Part shown: piece by piece, positions 9,854-19,030 of the stretch | Numbering within the stretch: the stretch's first letter is position 1 | How the letters are laid out: each line of letters starts with the position of its first letter | Assembly: GCF_964030875.1 (NCBI RefSeq) | Contig: NZ_OZ034981.1 | Location: forward strand, 180,001-212,000 | Length of the DNA: 32,000 nucleotides | Source: Candidatus Saccharimonadota bacterium | Lineage (GTDB): Bacteria; Bacteroidota; Bacteroidia; Flavobacteriales; Blattabacteriaceae | Direction: 5' to 3' | Translations under genes and position numbers: made by a program | Notes under the pieces: generated by a model | The model's input: only the letters and a program-made list of their open reading frames with translations | Databases searched by the model: none | Told to the model about the DNA's origin: nothing

Positions 9854-10039
9854 GGCTTTCTTACTATTTTCATAGTCATGATCATTAGGTGTTTTTAGGG
9901 TAAAAAACCCATTTTTTTCCACAGAATGCAATAATACTGATTTACCATCTTTTTTGGACATACTAAAATGAATTGGGGAGAGTTCAGTACAATAATTACA
10001 CCCAATGCATTTATTTCTTTGTAAGGTAATGATTAACAT
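9809..10039 (-). CDS. small single-cluster [4Fe-4S]/[3Fe-4S] ferredoxin
   Basis: 76-aa ORF with CIGCNYC...ACP cysteine spacing. Its start overlaps the stop of the upstream U32 gene by 29 nt, which suggests translational coupling. Confidence 0.7.
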   Translation of the reverse strand: MLIITLQRNKCIGCNYCTELSPIHFSMSKKDGKSVLLHSVEKNGFFTLKTPNDHDYENSKKASKACPIKIIKVTKK

Positions 10040-11279
10040 CGTTCTTTACTAGTTTATAAATTTTATCGGAATTCCTTATCCTGAAGTTTATAGGAATCGT
10101 GCATATTTGTCCCTTGTAGGCACATTTCGTATAAAGATTCTCTACCTTAAGAGAATTCACCTGTATTTCCTTAACTCCTGTAGTAGGTCCAATTATCAAA
10201 ATTTGATCACCTAGATGGATAGCATGAGCTTCTATGATAAATTCTCCAATGGAGGATTTCGTATAATAATGTCTTCCCTTACCTAAATAGACTTTTTTCT
10301 GTATAGCTACAGAACCGCTTACTTCAGACCATCCTCCTAATTTTTTCCCTAGATAATAACCACTCCAAAAACCACGATTATATACTGAATTTAGACGTTC
10401 CCTCCATTTATACGTATTTTGTACTTCAAAATGATCATTGGCGATAGCATCAATCGCTTCACGATAACAGGCTGTAGTGACTGCTACATATTCCGGAGAA
10501 CGACCTCTACCTTCGATCTTAAGAATTTTAACTCCTGAAGAAATTATTTTATCTAGAAAATCAATAGTGCAAAGATCCTTAGGAGACATCATGTATTCAT
10601 TATTTATCGATATGTCAAAACCATTTTCTTGATCAATTACTGTATATTTTTTCCGACAATTTTGTTTACAAGCTCCTCTATTTGCCGAAGAATTTTTAGA
10701 ATGAAGACTCAGATAACACTTTCCAGAAATCGCCATACATTGAGCTCCATGACAAAAAATTTCAATCTCTACTAACCGGCCAGACGGACCCATAATTTCT
10801 TCGAGTTGAATTTGTTTACTTATTTTTTGTATTTGCTTTAGACTAAGTTCTCTACTCAATACCATAACATCAGCAAAAAATGAATAAAATTTCACCGTTT
10901 CTATATTCGTTATGTTCAATTGAGTGGAAATATGTACTTCCATTCCTATTTGTCGAGCATAATTAATTATTGCTTGATCCATAACAATTAACGCATCTAT
11001 ACCTATTTTTTTTGCAGTATTAGATACTTTTTTGATAACCGAAAGGTCATGATCATAAATAATAGTATTCATAGCAAGGTACGTACGTACACCTTTCTCT
11101 TTACAGAGATTTACAACTTCAGCAAGTTCTTCTATTGTAAAATTTTTCGTAGAAACAGCTCTCATATTGAATTGTTCTACCCCAAAATATACTGAGTCTG
11201 CACCATGATCTATAGCTGCTTGTAAGGATGCCCAATCTCCGGCTGGAGACATCAGCTCTATTCTCCCATCTTTTACCAT
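10011..11279 (-). CDS. U32-family protein (annotated peptidase U32; Fe-S hydroxylase-type family)
   Basis: The ORF track gives 10011..11399 (462 aa). Homology begins at MVKDGRIELMSPAGDWASLQAAIDHGADSVYFG (ATG at 11279), so the first 40 codons are probably not translated; they would overlap holB. The conserved Cys-x6-Cys-x15-Cys-x3-Cys block CMAISGKCYLSLHSKNSSANRGACKQNC is intact. Confidence 0.85.
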   Translation of the reverse strand: MVKDGRIELMSPAGDWASLQAAIDHGADSVYFGVEQFNMRAVSTKNFTIEELAEVVNLCKEKGVRTYLAMNTIIYDHDLSVIKKVSNTAKKIGIDALIVMDQAIINYARQIGMEVHISTQLNITNIETVKFYSFFADVMVLSRELSLKQIQKISKQIQLEEIMGPSGRLVEIEIFCHGAQCMAISGKCYLSLHSKNSSANRGACKQNCRKKYTVIDQENGFDISINNEYMMSPKDLCTIDFLDKIISSGVKILKIEGRGRSPEYVAVTTACYREAIDAIANDHFEVQNTYKWRERLNSVYNRGFWSGYYLGKKLGGWSEVSGSVAIQKKVYLGKGRHYYTKSSIGEFIIEAHAIHLGDQILIIGPTTGVKEIQVNSLKVENLYTKCAYKGQICTIPINFRIRNSDKIYKLVKNDVNHYLTKK

Positions 11280-11320
11280 TAAATTCTGTAAATTTTTATT
11301 AGTTATACAATAAAAAAAAA

Positions 11321-12418
11321 ATGTATTTGGAAAATATAATTGGACAAGAAGAAGCAAAATTTTTTTTAAAAAAGATGTATAAAAGTCGATGTATTTCACC
11401 TACACTATTTTTTTTAGGACCTGCAGGCTATGGAGGTTTACCTTTATCCATAGCTTATGCACGGAAACTGTTATTCAATGAAAAAGATCCATACAATCAT
11501 TTAAAATTGGATACATTGCAACATCCAGATCTGCATTTTATATTTCCTACTGCTCAAAATGTTATAAGTTCAGATTTTTTTTATAAATGGAGAGAATTCA
11601 TTAAAAATAATTCCTATGGAAATCTTTTTCAATGGTTAGAGTATATAAAGATTGGAAACAAAACAGGAAAAATTGGTATAGAAGAAACGCAAAAAATTAT
11701 TAAAAAACTTCAAATGAAAAGCTATGAAGGAGGATATAAGGTACTAATTATGTGGATGCCTGAGCGTCTTAATGTTGTAGCAGCTAACAACCTGTTGAAA
11801 ATTTTAGAATCCCCACCAGAGAAAACCATTATGCTATTCGTTGGTGAAGAGGAAAGAGGATTATTGCCTACCGTTCTCTCTAGGTTGCTACTTATTCGTC
11901 TAAAACCAATTCCTGTAAAGGAGATACAAAAGATTTTGCAACAAAAATATAATTTAATTGAAAAAAAAGCTATTGTAATAGCTCAATGTACTGAAGGTGA
12001 TTTCGGAAGAACCCAGCAACTTATACAGTGTACTGAAGAGAACGATTTTGGGGAAGTGTTTATACAATGGATCCGAAATATATTTATTTTTATAAAAAAA
12101 ACTAAAGCTTTAAAAACTCTTATAGAATGGTCTGAAGTATTGCATAATTGGGGAAAAGAACGACATATCCAATTTTTGGATTATTGTTTATATATTTTCC
12201 GTCTAGCACTTTTGACCCATTATAACGTTAAAAAATTTAATCCATTACAATGGAAAAAAGTTGATTGGGAGTCTTTTTCGACCTATATTCAGTGGGAAAA
12301 TATGAAAGGGATTCTGAAAGAGATCAACAAAGCTAGTAGAGAAATTTGTCAAAATGCCCATGCTAATTTAGTTTTTCTCGACTTATCAATTAAAATTGCA
12401 AAATATTTACAATCGTAA
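11321..12418 (+). CDS. holB: DNA polymerase III subunit delta'
   Basis: 365-aa ORF with AAA+ clamp-loader layout. It has a degenerate P-loop (LGPAGYGGLPLSIAYARKLL), NNLLKILESPP and the SRL-type motif TVLSRL. Confidence 0.8.
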   Translation: MYLENIIGQEEAKFFLKKMYKSRCISPTLFFLGPAGYGGLPLSIAYARKLLFNEKDPYNHLKLDTLQHPDLHFIFPTAQNVISSDFFYKWREFIKNNSYGNLFQWLEYIKIGNKTGKIGIEETQKIIKKLQMKSYEGGYKVLIMWMPERLNVVAANNLLKILESPPEKTIMLFVGEEERGLLPTVLSRLLLIRLKPIPVKEIQKILQQKYNLIEKKAIVIAQCTEGDFGRTQQLIQCTEENDFGEVFIQWIRNIFIFIKKTKALKTLIEWSEVLHNWGKERHIQFLDYCLYIFRLALLTHYNVKKFNPLQWKKVDWESFSTYIQWENMKGILKEINKASREICQNAHANLVFLDLSIKIAKYLQS

Positions 12419-12428
12419 TGTAAAAAAT

Positions 12429-15227
12429 ATGGAATATCCTTTTAGAGAGATCGAAAAAAGATGGCAAAAGCGTTGGGAGTTAGATAAAATTTTTAAAGCG
12501 GATAATCATTCTAAGAAACCTAAATATTATGTGTTAGACATGTTTCCCTATCCTTCAGGAGCTGGATTACACGTCGGTCATCCTCTTGGGTATATTGCTT
12601 CTGATATTTATACAAGATATAAACGTTCTGAAAATTATAATGTACTTCATACAATTGGATTTGATGCGTTTGGACTTCCTTCTGAACAATATGCTATACT
12701 AACCGGACAACATCCCTCTCTTACTACCAAAGTAAATATCCAAAGATATAAGAAACAACTGAAACGATTAGGTCTTTCTTTCGATTGGAGTAGAGAAGTA
12801 TGTACTAGCGATCCTGATTATTATCGATGGACTCAATGGATATTTCTACAGCTTTTCTATTCTTGGTATGACATCTCTCTAAAAATAGCACGGCCTCTCA
12901 ATGAGTTGATTTCAATTTTTGAAAAAGAAGGAAATCTTGTAATAAGATCTACAGAAGAAAACATAAAAAAATTTCCGGCTAATGAATGGAACTCATTTAC
13001 CCTCGAGAGGAAAGAAGAAATACTTCAAAAGTATAGATTAGCCTTTCGTTCGGAAACTACAGTCAATTGGTGCCCGAATCTAGGTACTGTACTAGCTAAT
13101 GATGAAGTCATAGAAGGAAAAAGCGAACGAGGTGGTTATCCAGTATATCAAAAAAAAACTATTCAATGGAGCATTAGGATTACTTCTTATGCTGATCGTC
13201 TTTTACAAGGATTAGAAAATATAGACTGGCCAGAATCAATTAAAGAAGCACAAAAACAATGGATTGGGAAATCCTTTGGATTGAATCTGGTTTTTTTTGT
13301 AATAGATAATCCAGGAATATATATAGAGATTTTTACTCCAAGACCATATACAATTTTTGGAGTTAGTTTCATAGTATTAGCACCGGAGCATGAATTATGG
13401 GAAAAAATTACTATTAAAAAACAACTAAATGAAGTAAAAACCTATGTAGATGAGAGCAAAAACCGCAATGACCGGGAAAGGTTAACCCACGCTAAAAATA
13501 CATATGGAGTATTTACAGGGGCTTATGTAGCACATCCATTCACAAATGAACGTATCCCAGTGTATATCAGTGATTATGTATTAAATAGTTATGGTACAGG
13601 AGCGATTATGGCGGTTCCTGCTCACAACACCCGTGATCATATGTTTGCCAAAAAATATGGATTAAAAATTATAGAAGTAATCAGCGGCGGTAAAGATGTA
13701 TATCAAAAAGGAGAATGCATCCACTCATATTTTCTTAACGGACTTAGCGCAGAAGAAGCACTTAAAAAGTCTATTGAAAAAATAGAAGAAAAGGGTTTGG
13801 GATATAGAACGGTAAATTATCGTTTACGAAATGCAGTTTTCTCTAGACAACGTTATTGGGGTGAACCTATTCCAATCTATTATAAAAAAGGGGTTCCTTT
13901 CGGGATCCCTGAAAAAAAACTCCCACTTTTATTACCAATAGTGGATAAATATCTTCCGACTCAAGAAGGTAATCCTCCATTGGGAAGAGCCACACATTGG
14001 GCTTGGGATGAAAAAAAACAAAAAATAGTCTCCAATAAACTTATAGACGAAAAAACGATCTTTCCTTTAGACACTAGTACTATGCCTGGATGGGCTGGTT
14101 CTAGTTGGTATTTTTTGCGTTATATGAATACTGATAATGATAACTCCCCAATAGATACTACTTCTTCAAGTTATTGGAAAAACGTAGACTTATATATTGG
14201 AGGGAAAGAACATTCTACAGGACATCTTATCTATTCCAGATTATGGCAGAAATTTTTGAAAGATTTTGGTTGGGTGAGTACCGAGGAACCATTCAAAAAA
14301 CTACTTAACCAAGGAATGGTATTAGAACAATCAGCTCTTATAACAAGAATAGAAGGAACACAACGTTTTATATCATCTGGATTAATAAGAAATCAAGAGA
14401 AAACACAACAATTTTATGTTGATATTCATCTGTTAAAAAACGGAGATGAACTCGATATTGAAAAATTCAAAAAGTATCATCACGAATTTTCTAAAGCTGA
14501 ATTTTCCATAGAAAGTGGTAAATTCTTTTGCGAAAGAAAAATAGAAAAAATGTCGAAATCAAAGTTTAATGTTATAAATCCAGATGAGATTTGCGAAAAG
14601 TATGGAGCCGATACCTTGCGAATACATGAGATGTTTTTAGGACCTATAAATCAGACGAAACTTTGGAATACTAGAGGGATTAAAGGAGCACATCAGTTTT
14701 TAAAGAAATTTTGGAGATTATTTCATTCCAGAGAAAGTTTTTATGTTGAGGAATCGTCTCCCTCTATTAAAGAATTAAAAATATTACATTGCACCATAAA
14801 GAAAATAAGAGAAGATATACCTAATTTTTCATTCAATACTTCGATAAGTGCTTTGATGATTGCTACAAATAAATTGAGTGAAATTCAATGTAAAAGGAAA
14901 AAAATTTTGGAACCTCTAGTTATTTTACTAGCTCCCTTTGCGCCACATATATCTGAAGAACTTTGGCATCGTTTAAACCATAAAGATTTTATATGCTTTG
15001 TTCCTATGCCCAAGTACGATAAACAATATATTACAGATTCTATAATAGAATATCCGATTACGTTCAATGGTAAACTGCGTTTTAAAATGAATTTTCCTAT
15101 TGGAACTCCTAACACCTTTATTAAAAAAGAGGTTATGAGACATCCAGAAACTAAAAAATATTTACAGGGAAAAAAAATAAAGAATACGATTATTATCCAT
15201 CAGAAAATAATTAATATTGTAGTCTAA
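12429..15227 (+). CDS. leuS: leucine--tRNA ligase
   Basis: The track ORF starts at 12396, but homology begins at MEYPFREIEKRWQKRW (ATG 12429, just after the holB stop at 12416..12418). It has HIGH (PYPSGAGLHVGHPLGY) and KMSKS (EKMSKSKFN) motifs. Confidence 0.96.
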   Translation: MEYPFREIEKRWQKRWELDKIFKADNHSKKPKYYVLDMFPYPSGAGLHVGHPLGYIASDIYTRYKRSENYNVLHTIGFDAFGLPSEQYAILTGQHPSLTTKVNIQRYKKQLKRLGLSFDWSREVCTSDPDYYRWTQWIFLQLFYSWYDISLKIARPLNELISIFEKEGNLVIRSTEENIKKFPANEWNSFTLERKEEILQKYRLAFRSETTVNWCPNLGTVLANDEVIEGKSERGGYPVYQKKTIQWSIRITSYADRLLQGLENIDWPESIKEAQKQWIGKSFGLNLVFFVIDNPGIYIEIFTPRPYTIFGVSFIVLAPEHELWEKITIKKQLNEVKTYVDESKNRNDRERLTHAKNTYGVFTGAYVAHPFTNERIPVYISDYVLNSYGTGAIMAVPAHNTRDHMFAKKYGLKIIEVISGGKDVYQKGECIHSYFLNGLSAEEALKKSIEKIEEKGLGYRTVNYRLRNAVFSRQRYWGEPIPIYYKKGVPFGIPEKKLPLLLPIVDKYLPTQEGNPPLGRATHWAWDEKKQKIVSNKLIDEKTIFPLDTSTMPGWAGSSWYFLRYMNTDNDNSPIDTTSSSYWKNVDLYIGGKEHSTGHLIYSRLWQKFLKDFGWVSTEEPFKKLLNQGMVLEQSALITRIEGTQRFISSGLIRNQEKTQQFYVDIHLLKNGDELDIEKFKKYHHEFSKAEFSIESGKFFCERKIEKMSKSKFNVINPDEICEKYGADTLRIHEMFLGPINQTKLWNTRGIKGAHQFLKKFWRLFHSRESFYVEESSPSIKELKILHCTIKKIREDIPNFSFNTSISALMIATNKLSEIQCKRKKILEPLVILLAPFAPHISEELWHRLNHKDFICFVPMPKYDKQYITDSIIEYPITFNGKLRFKMNFPIGTPNTFIKKEVMRHPETKKYLQGKKIKNTIIIHQKIINIVV

Positions 15228-15241
15228 GAGATAGAGAAGTA

Positions 15242-16235
15242 ATGAAAAAGACTGAAAGTGTCGAAAGTAGCAGCGACTAACTACCTTGAAGTAGATCATA
15301 GACTACTTGATGTAGTAAAAGCTTGCTATTCTGTATATAGAAGACATTTGACGGGAAAACTTGGAAAAGAAATAAAGGTAATCGAATCCGATCAGGGTAG
15401 CATCATAAACTTCCCAGTAAAGGAGTAACAGTCCCGCTGTAAATTAATGGCTCTAGCGGCACTTATGACGTCTAAATGTGCCATAGTCAATGTTCCTTTC
15501 GTAGGTGCAAAGGGTGGTTATAGATCCGCAAACTTTTCCTGAAGAATATATTGAAAAAATTCCGCGCCGTTACAATTATCGGTCCAGTACTGGATGTCCC
15601 AGCACCTGATTATAAATTAGTTGGATTATCATTAAAGCCTGGGGAAGTGGGGCGTTACCGTATGGACCAACAGAGCTTTGCCAAGCTAGAGAAGAAATAG
15701 TATCATCATCCAAGGACTAGGAAATGTAGTATATCACGCTGCAAAGTTTTTTTTACGAAGCTGGTGCTAAAATAATAGCGATAGCTGAGAGAGAGGGGGC
15801 AACGAAAATGGATTAGCATATCCACATGGAAAATATATTCAAGATAAAGGCTAAGGCTATTGAATGCGACATTTTAATTACCTCTGCTCTAGAAAATATA
15901 GGTAATGCAAAAATTAGGCAGCCAATGGTCCTATGATGCCGATGAGGTTATGAATCAGAGAGGTATTATTATCATTCCGTATGTTTATCTAAATGCTGGT
16001 AAAAAATCTAAGTAAGGTGCGCTACGGGAGATTAGAAAAACGGTTTAGCGAAAATATTAATGCAGAAATTATTCGTGAACGTATAAGTGAAAAGAATATT
16101 TAAGAGAAAAATCTGTGAAATTTCCCTTATTCGCAGTGGTCTAGAAGATACTATGATCAATGAAATAAAACATATACCTGACTTGCAGACCAGGCATTTG
16201 TTCTCGCTATTGGAAATAAACACTTAGGTCTATTT
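15242..16235 (+). pseudogene. gdhA: glutamate dehydrogenase (Glu/Leu/Phe/Val dehydrogenase family), disrupted and shortened
   Basis: My translations give MALAALMTSKCAIVNVPFVGAKGGYRSANFS* (15447-15542; compare the family motif ..MT.K.A...PFGGAKGG), GPVLDVPAPDY (about 15582-15615), AGAKIIAIAERE (about 15760-15800) and RGIIIIP..YLNAG (about 15960-16000). These lie in different frames with many stops. The remnant spans about 1 kb, where an intact gene needs about 1.3 kb. Confidence 0.8.
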
Positions 16236-16250
16236 ACAGAATATAAAATA

Positions 16251-18119
16251 TTAACGATTAAGATAAATCAGAAGTGCACTAATATCTGCTGGAGAAACTC
16301 CACTAATTCTTGAAGCTTGTCCAATGGAACGAGGGTTCCGATAAACCAGTTTCTCTCTTGCTTCGGATGATAGAGCTCCTATGATTCCATAATCAAAATT
16401 ATCTGGAATACCAATGTTTTCAAGACGTGAAATTTTAGCGGCCATGTTCTTTTCACGTTCGATATAGCCTTTATATTTAATTTGGATAGACACTTGCTCA
16501 AGTTCTTCTTCGTTTATAGAATGCAAATTTCTATAATATTGGAAAATAGAAAGATGATAAAAGTCTTTGATGGAAATTTCTGGTCGTGAAAGTAATGAAG
16601 ATAACCGAATCGGTTGAGAAAGTAGTGTACTTCCTTTTTTTTCTAAAATTATATTTACGACATCAGGATGTAAATTTGTCTCGTAGAGAAAATTCACGCA
16701 ATCTTTTATCAATTTTAACTTTTTTTTAAGTTTTTTAATCCGATCTTCTTTAGATAATCCTAATTTATACCCTACGGGTGTAAGCCGTTCGTCGGCATTA
16801 TCTTGCCTTAGCAATATTCGATGCTCAGCCCTAGAAGTAAACATTCTATAAGGTTCTTCAGTACCTTTAGTTACTAAATCATCAATTAATACTCCTATAT
16901 AAGCTTCATGTCTATGTAAAATAAATGGTTCTTTTTTATTTATTTTTAAATGGGCATTTATCCCAGCTATAATACCTTGTGCTGCTGCTTCTTCATAACC
17001 TGTAGTTCCGTTAATTTGTCCAGCAAAGAATAAATTTTTTATCAGTTTCGTTTCGAGAGAATGATTTAATTGTATTGGTGGAAAGTAATCATATTCTATA
17101 GCATAACCTAATTTTAATATCTTTACACGTTCAAATCCAGGAATTTTTCTCAATGCTTCGCACTGAATCTCTTGAGGTAGAGAAGTAGAAAACCCATTAA
17201 CATACATTTCTGTAGTATTCCAACCTTCTGGTTCTACAAATATTTGATGATGATGACGTTCATCAAAACGATAAATTTTATCTTCAATAGAAGGACAATA
17301 ACGAGGTCCTATTCCGTGGATCGATCTATTGAATATAGGTGAACGTTTAAAACCTGAACGTAATATATCATGAACTATATCAGTGGTCTGAGTGATATAA
17401 CAACTACGTTGCTTTTTTAAAGCAGGAGTATTGATATAAGAAAAATTTTGAGGGTTTTCATCACCTATTTGTTCAGACATAGTTGAATAATCCAATGACC
17501 TTCCATCTACTCTTGGAGAAGTGCCTGTTTTCATTCGTCCGGTTAAAAAACCTAAATATCTTAGTTGTTCAGTAAGTCCTGTAGAAAATTTATCCGAGAT
17601 ACGTCCACCACGATATTGTTTTTCTCCGATATAAATCATCCCGTTAAGGAACGTCCCGCTAGCAAGTATTACTGCCCTACTTGTAATCTCTATTCCTAGT
17701 GCTGTTTTAACACCTAGGATCTTTTTTTTTTGGATCAAAAGTTCTGTGACTGAATCTTGAAGAAAGTCTACTTTTGGTAAACTCTCTAATTTGAAACGCC
17801 ATGTTTCAGAAAAACGCATACGATCTAACTGTGCTCTTGGGCTCCACATAGCAGGACCTTTTGATCGGTTAAGCATTCTGAATTGAATCATGGTTTCGTC
17901 TGTAATAATACCAGAATAACCACCTAAGGCATCTATTTCACGAATCATTTGTCCTTTAGCTATACCACCCATTGCAGGATTACAGGATAGATATCCAATG
18001 GTTTGGAGATTCATGGTAATCAAAAGAACAGAAGATCCCATTCGGGATGCTGCAGCAGATGCTTCAGCACCAGCATGGCCGCCACCTATTATAATAATAT
18101 CATAAATAGTGGAAAACAC
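16251..18119 (-). CDS. mnmG: tRNA uridine 5-carboxymethylaminomethyl modification enzyme MnmG (GidA)
   Basis: 622-aa ORF with the FAD fold YDIIIIGGGHAGAEA and a GTTGYEEAAAQG motif. It has a GTG start at 18119..18117. Confidence 0.96.
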   Translation of the reverse strand: MFSTIYDIIIIGGGHAGAEASAAASRMGSSVLLITMNLQTIGYLSCNPAMGGIAKGQMIREIDALGGYSGIITDETMIQFRMLNRSKGPAMWSPRAQLDRMRFSETWRFKLESLPKVDFLQDSVTELLIQKKKILGVKTALGIEITSRAVILASGTFLNGMIYIGEKQYRGGRISDKFSTGLTEQLRYLGFLTGRMKTGTSPRVDGRSLDYSTMSEQIGDENPQNFSYINTPALKKQRSCYITQTTDIVHDILRSGFKRSPIFNRSIHGIGPRYCPSIEDKIYRFDERHHHQIFVEPEGWNTTEMYVNGFSTSLPQEIQCEALRKIPGFERVKILKLGYAIEYDYFPPIQLNHSLETKLIKNLFFAGQINGTTGYEEAAAQGIIAGINAHLKINKKEPFILHRHEAYIGVLIDDLVTKGTEEPYRMFTSRAEHRILLRQDNADERLTPVGYKLGLSKEDRIKKLKKKLKLIKDCVNFLYETNLHPDVVNIILEKKGSTLLSQPIRLSSLLSRPEISIKDFYHLSIFQYYRNLHSINEEELEQVSIQIKYKGYIEREKNMAAKISRLENIGIPDNFDYGIIGALSSEAREKLVYRNPRSIGQASRISGVSPADISALLIYLNR

Positions 18120-18137
18120 TCTTTGTATAATTAAAAC

Positions 18138-18551
18138 CTATAAGTTGAGTAAATTTAAATAAAAGTCTTCTTTTGCATGAAGAATTAACCTCTCTTTATA
18201 CAGATTATCTTTGTAACCTAATAAATGCAGAATAGCATGTGCCATTACCCTATAAAGCTCTATATCAAAATATTGCTTCCATTTTAAAGCATTATATTTG
18301 ACTCTTTCTATACTAATGAATATATCTCCGGATATTTGTTTTTTTTTAACATAATCGAATGTAATAACATCAGTGTCAAAATCTTTATTAAGATAACTTT
18401 TATTTATTTTTAATAAATATTGATCATTGCAAAATATAAAATTTAGATTGGAAATATATGCATTTTCCTTTTGGATTATATTTTTTAACCATTTTTTTAA
18501 TTTTTTTCTATTATAAATCTTAAAATTGGTCTCATAAAAATAATGGATCAT
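18138..18551 (-). CDS. ybeY: endoribonuclease YbeY (rRNA maturation factor)
   Basis: 137-aa ORF with the metal-binding block HAILHLLGYKD. Confidence 0.88.
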   Translation of the reverse strand: MIHYFYETNFKIYNRKKLKKWLKNIIQKENAYISNLNFIFCNDQYLLKINKSYLNKDFDTDVITFDYVKKKQISGDIFISIERVKYNALKWKQYFDIELYRVMAHAILHLLGYKDNLYKERLILHAKEDFYLNLLNL

Positions 18552-18726
18552 CGTAGTATAGCGACTTTACTAATAGAAAGAAAAGTTGGACAGGAGATAT
18601 AAAGGAGTTAGTATATCGATACCTTATTCGTTAAAAATTCTTCCGTTGGGTGTGGAATATATTCAAGACCAGGCCAGTACTTAGGTATTAACACAAAAAA
18701 ATAACTACACAAGAGGCTTTGGGTCA

Positions 18727-18869
18727 CACTGCAAATTATGCTGCAGGTCAATAAAGCACTGCAAATTATGCTGCAGGTCAATAAAGCACTGCAAATTATG
18801 CTGCAGGTCAATAAAGCACTGCAAATTATGCTGCAGGTCAATAAAGCACTGCAAATTATGCTGCAGGTC
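18727..18869. repeat. tandem array, 30-bp unit x 4.8, all copies identical
   Basis: The unit is cactgcaaattatgctgcaggtcaataaag, at 18727, 18757, 18787 and 18817, plus a 23-nt partial copy at 18847..18869. It lies between ybeY and tRNA-Cys. Each unit contains a ctgcag palindrome. Confidence 0.97.
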
Positions 18870-18930
18870 TGATATTATCACCTAAAAATTGCTTAGTTTT
18901 TTTTTAGATTAACGGGAACGCTTGTTATAG

Positions 18931-19002
18931 AGGCACAGAGCGGAATCGAACCGCTATAAAAGGTTTTGCAGACCTTTGCCTAGACCATTCGGCCACAGTG
19001 CC
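18931..19002 (-). tRNA. tRNA-Cys (GCA)
   Basis: Hand-folded: GGCACTG TG GCC GAATGGTCTA GGC A AAGGT CTGCAAA ACCTT TTAT AGCGG TTCGATT CCGCT CTGTGCC T. The 3-bp D stem and U73 discriminator are typical of tRNA-Cys. There is one U6/U67 mismatch. CCA is not encoded. Confidence 0.88.
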
Positions 19003-19012
19003 TACAGTGCCT
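18995..19012. repeat. 9-bp tandem duplication (acagtgcct x2) spanning the tRNA-Cys 5' end
   Basis: The copies are at 18995..19003 and 19004..19012 and are identical. On the tRNA strand this reads AGGCACTGT AGGCACTGT GGCC, so the 5' acceptor strand is duplicated immediately upstream of +1. Confidence 0.95.
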
Positions 19013-19030
19013 GGTAAGGATAAGATAACA

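Noticed and set aside
18138-18551. YbeY with Asp instead of the third zinc-binding His (HAILHLLGYKD)
   Set aside because: As far as I recall, the GYKD variant is the normal form in Bacteroidetes YbeY proteins. It is therefore likely lineage-typical rather than a lesion, though I could not verify this.
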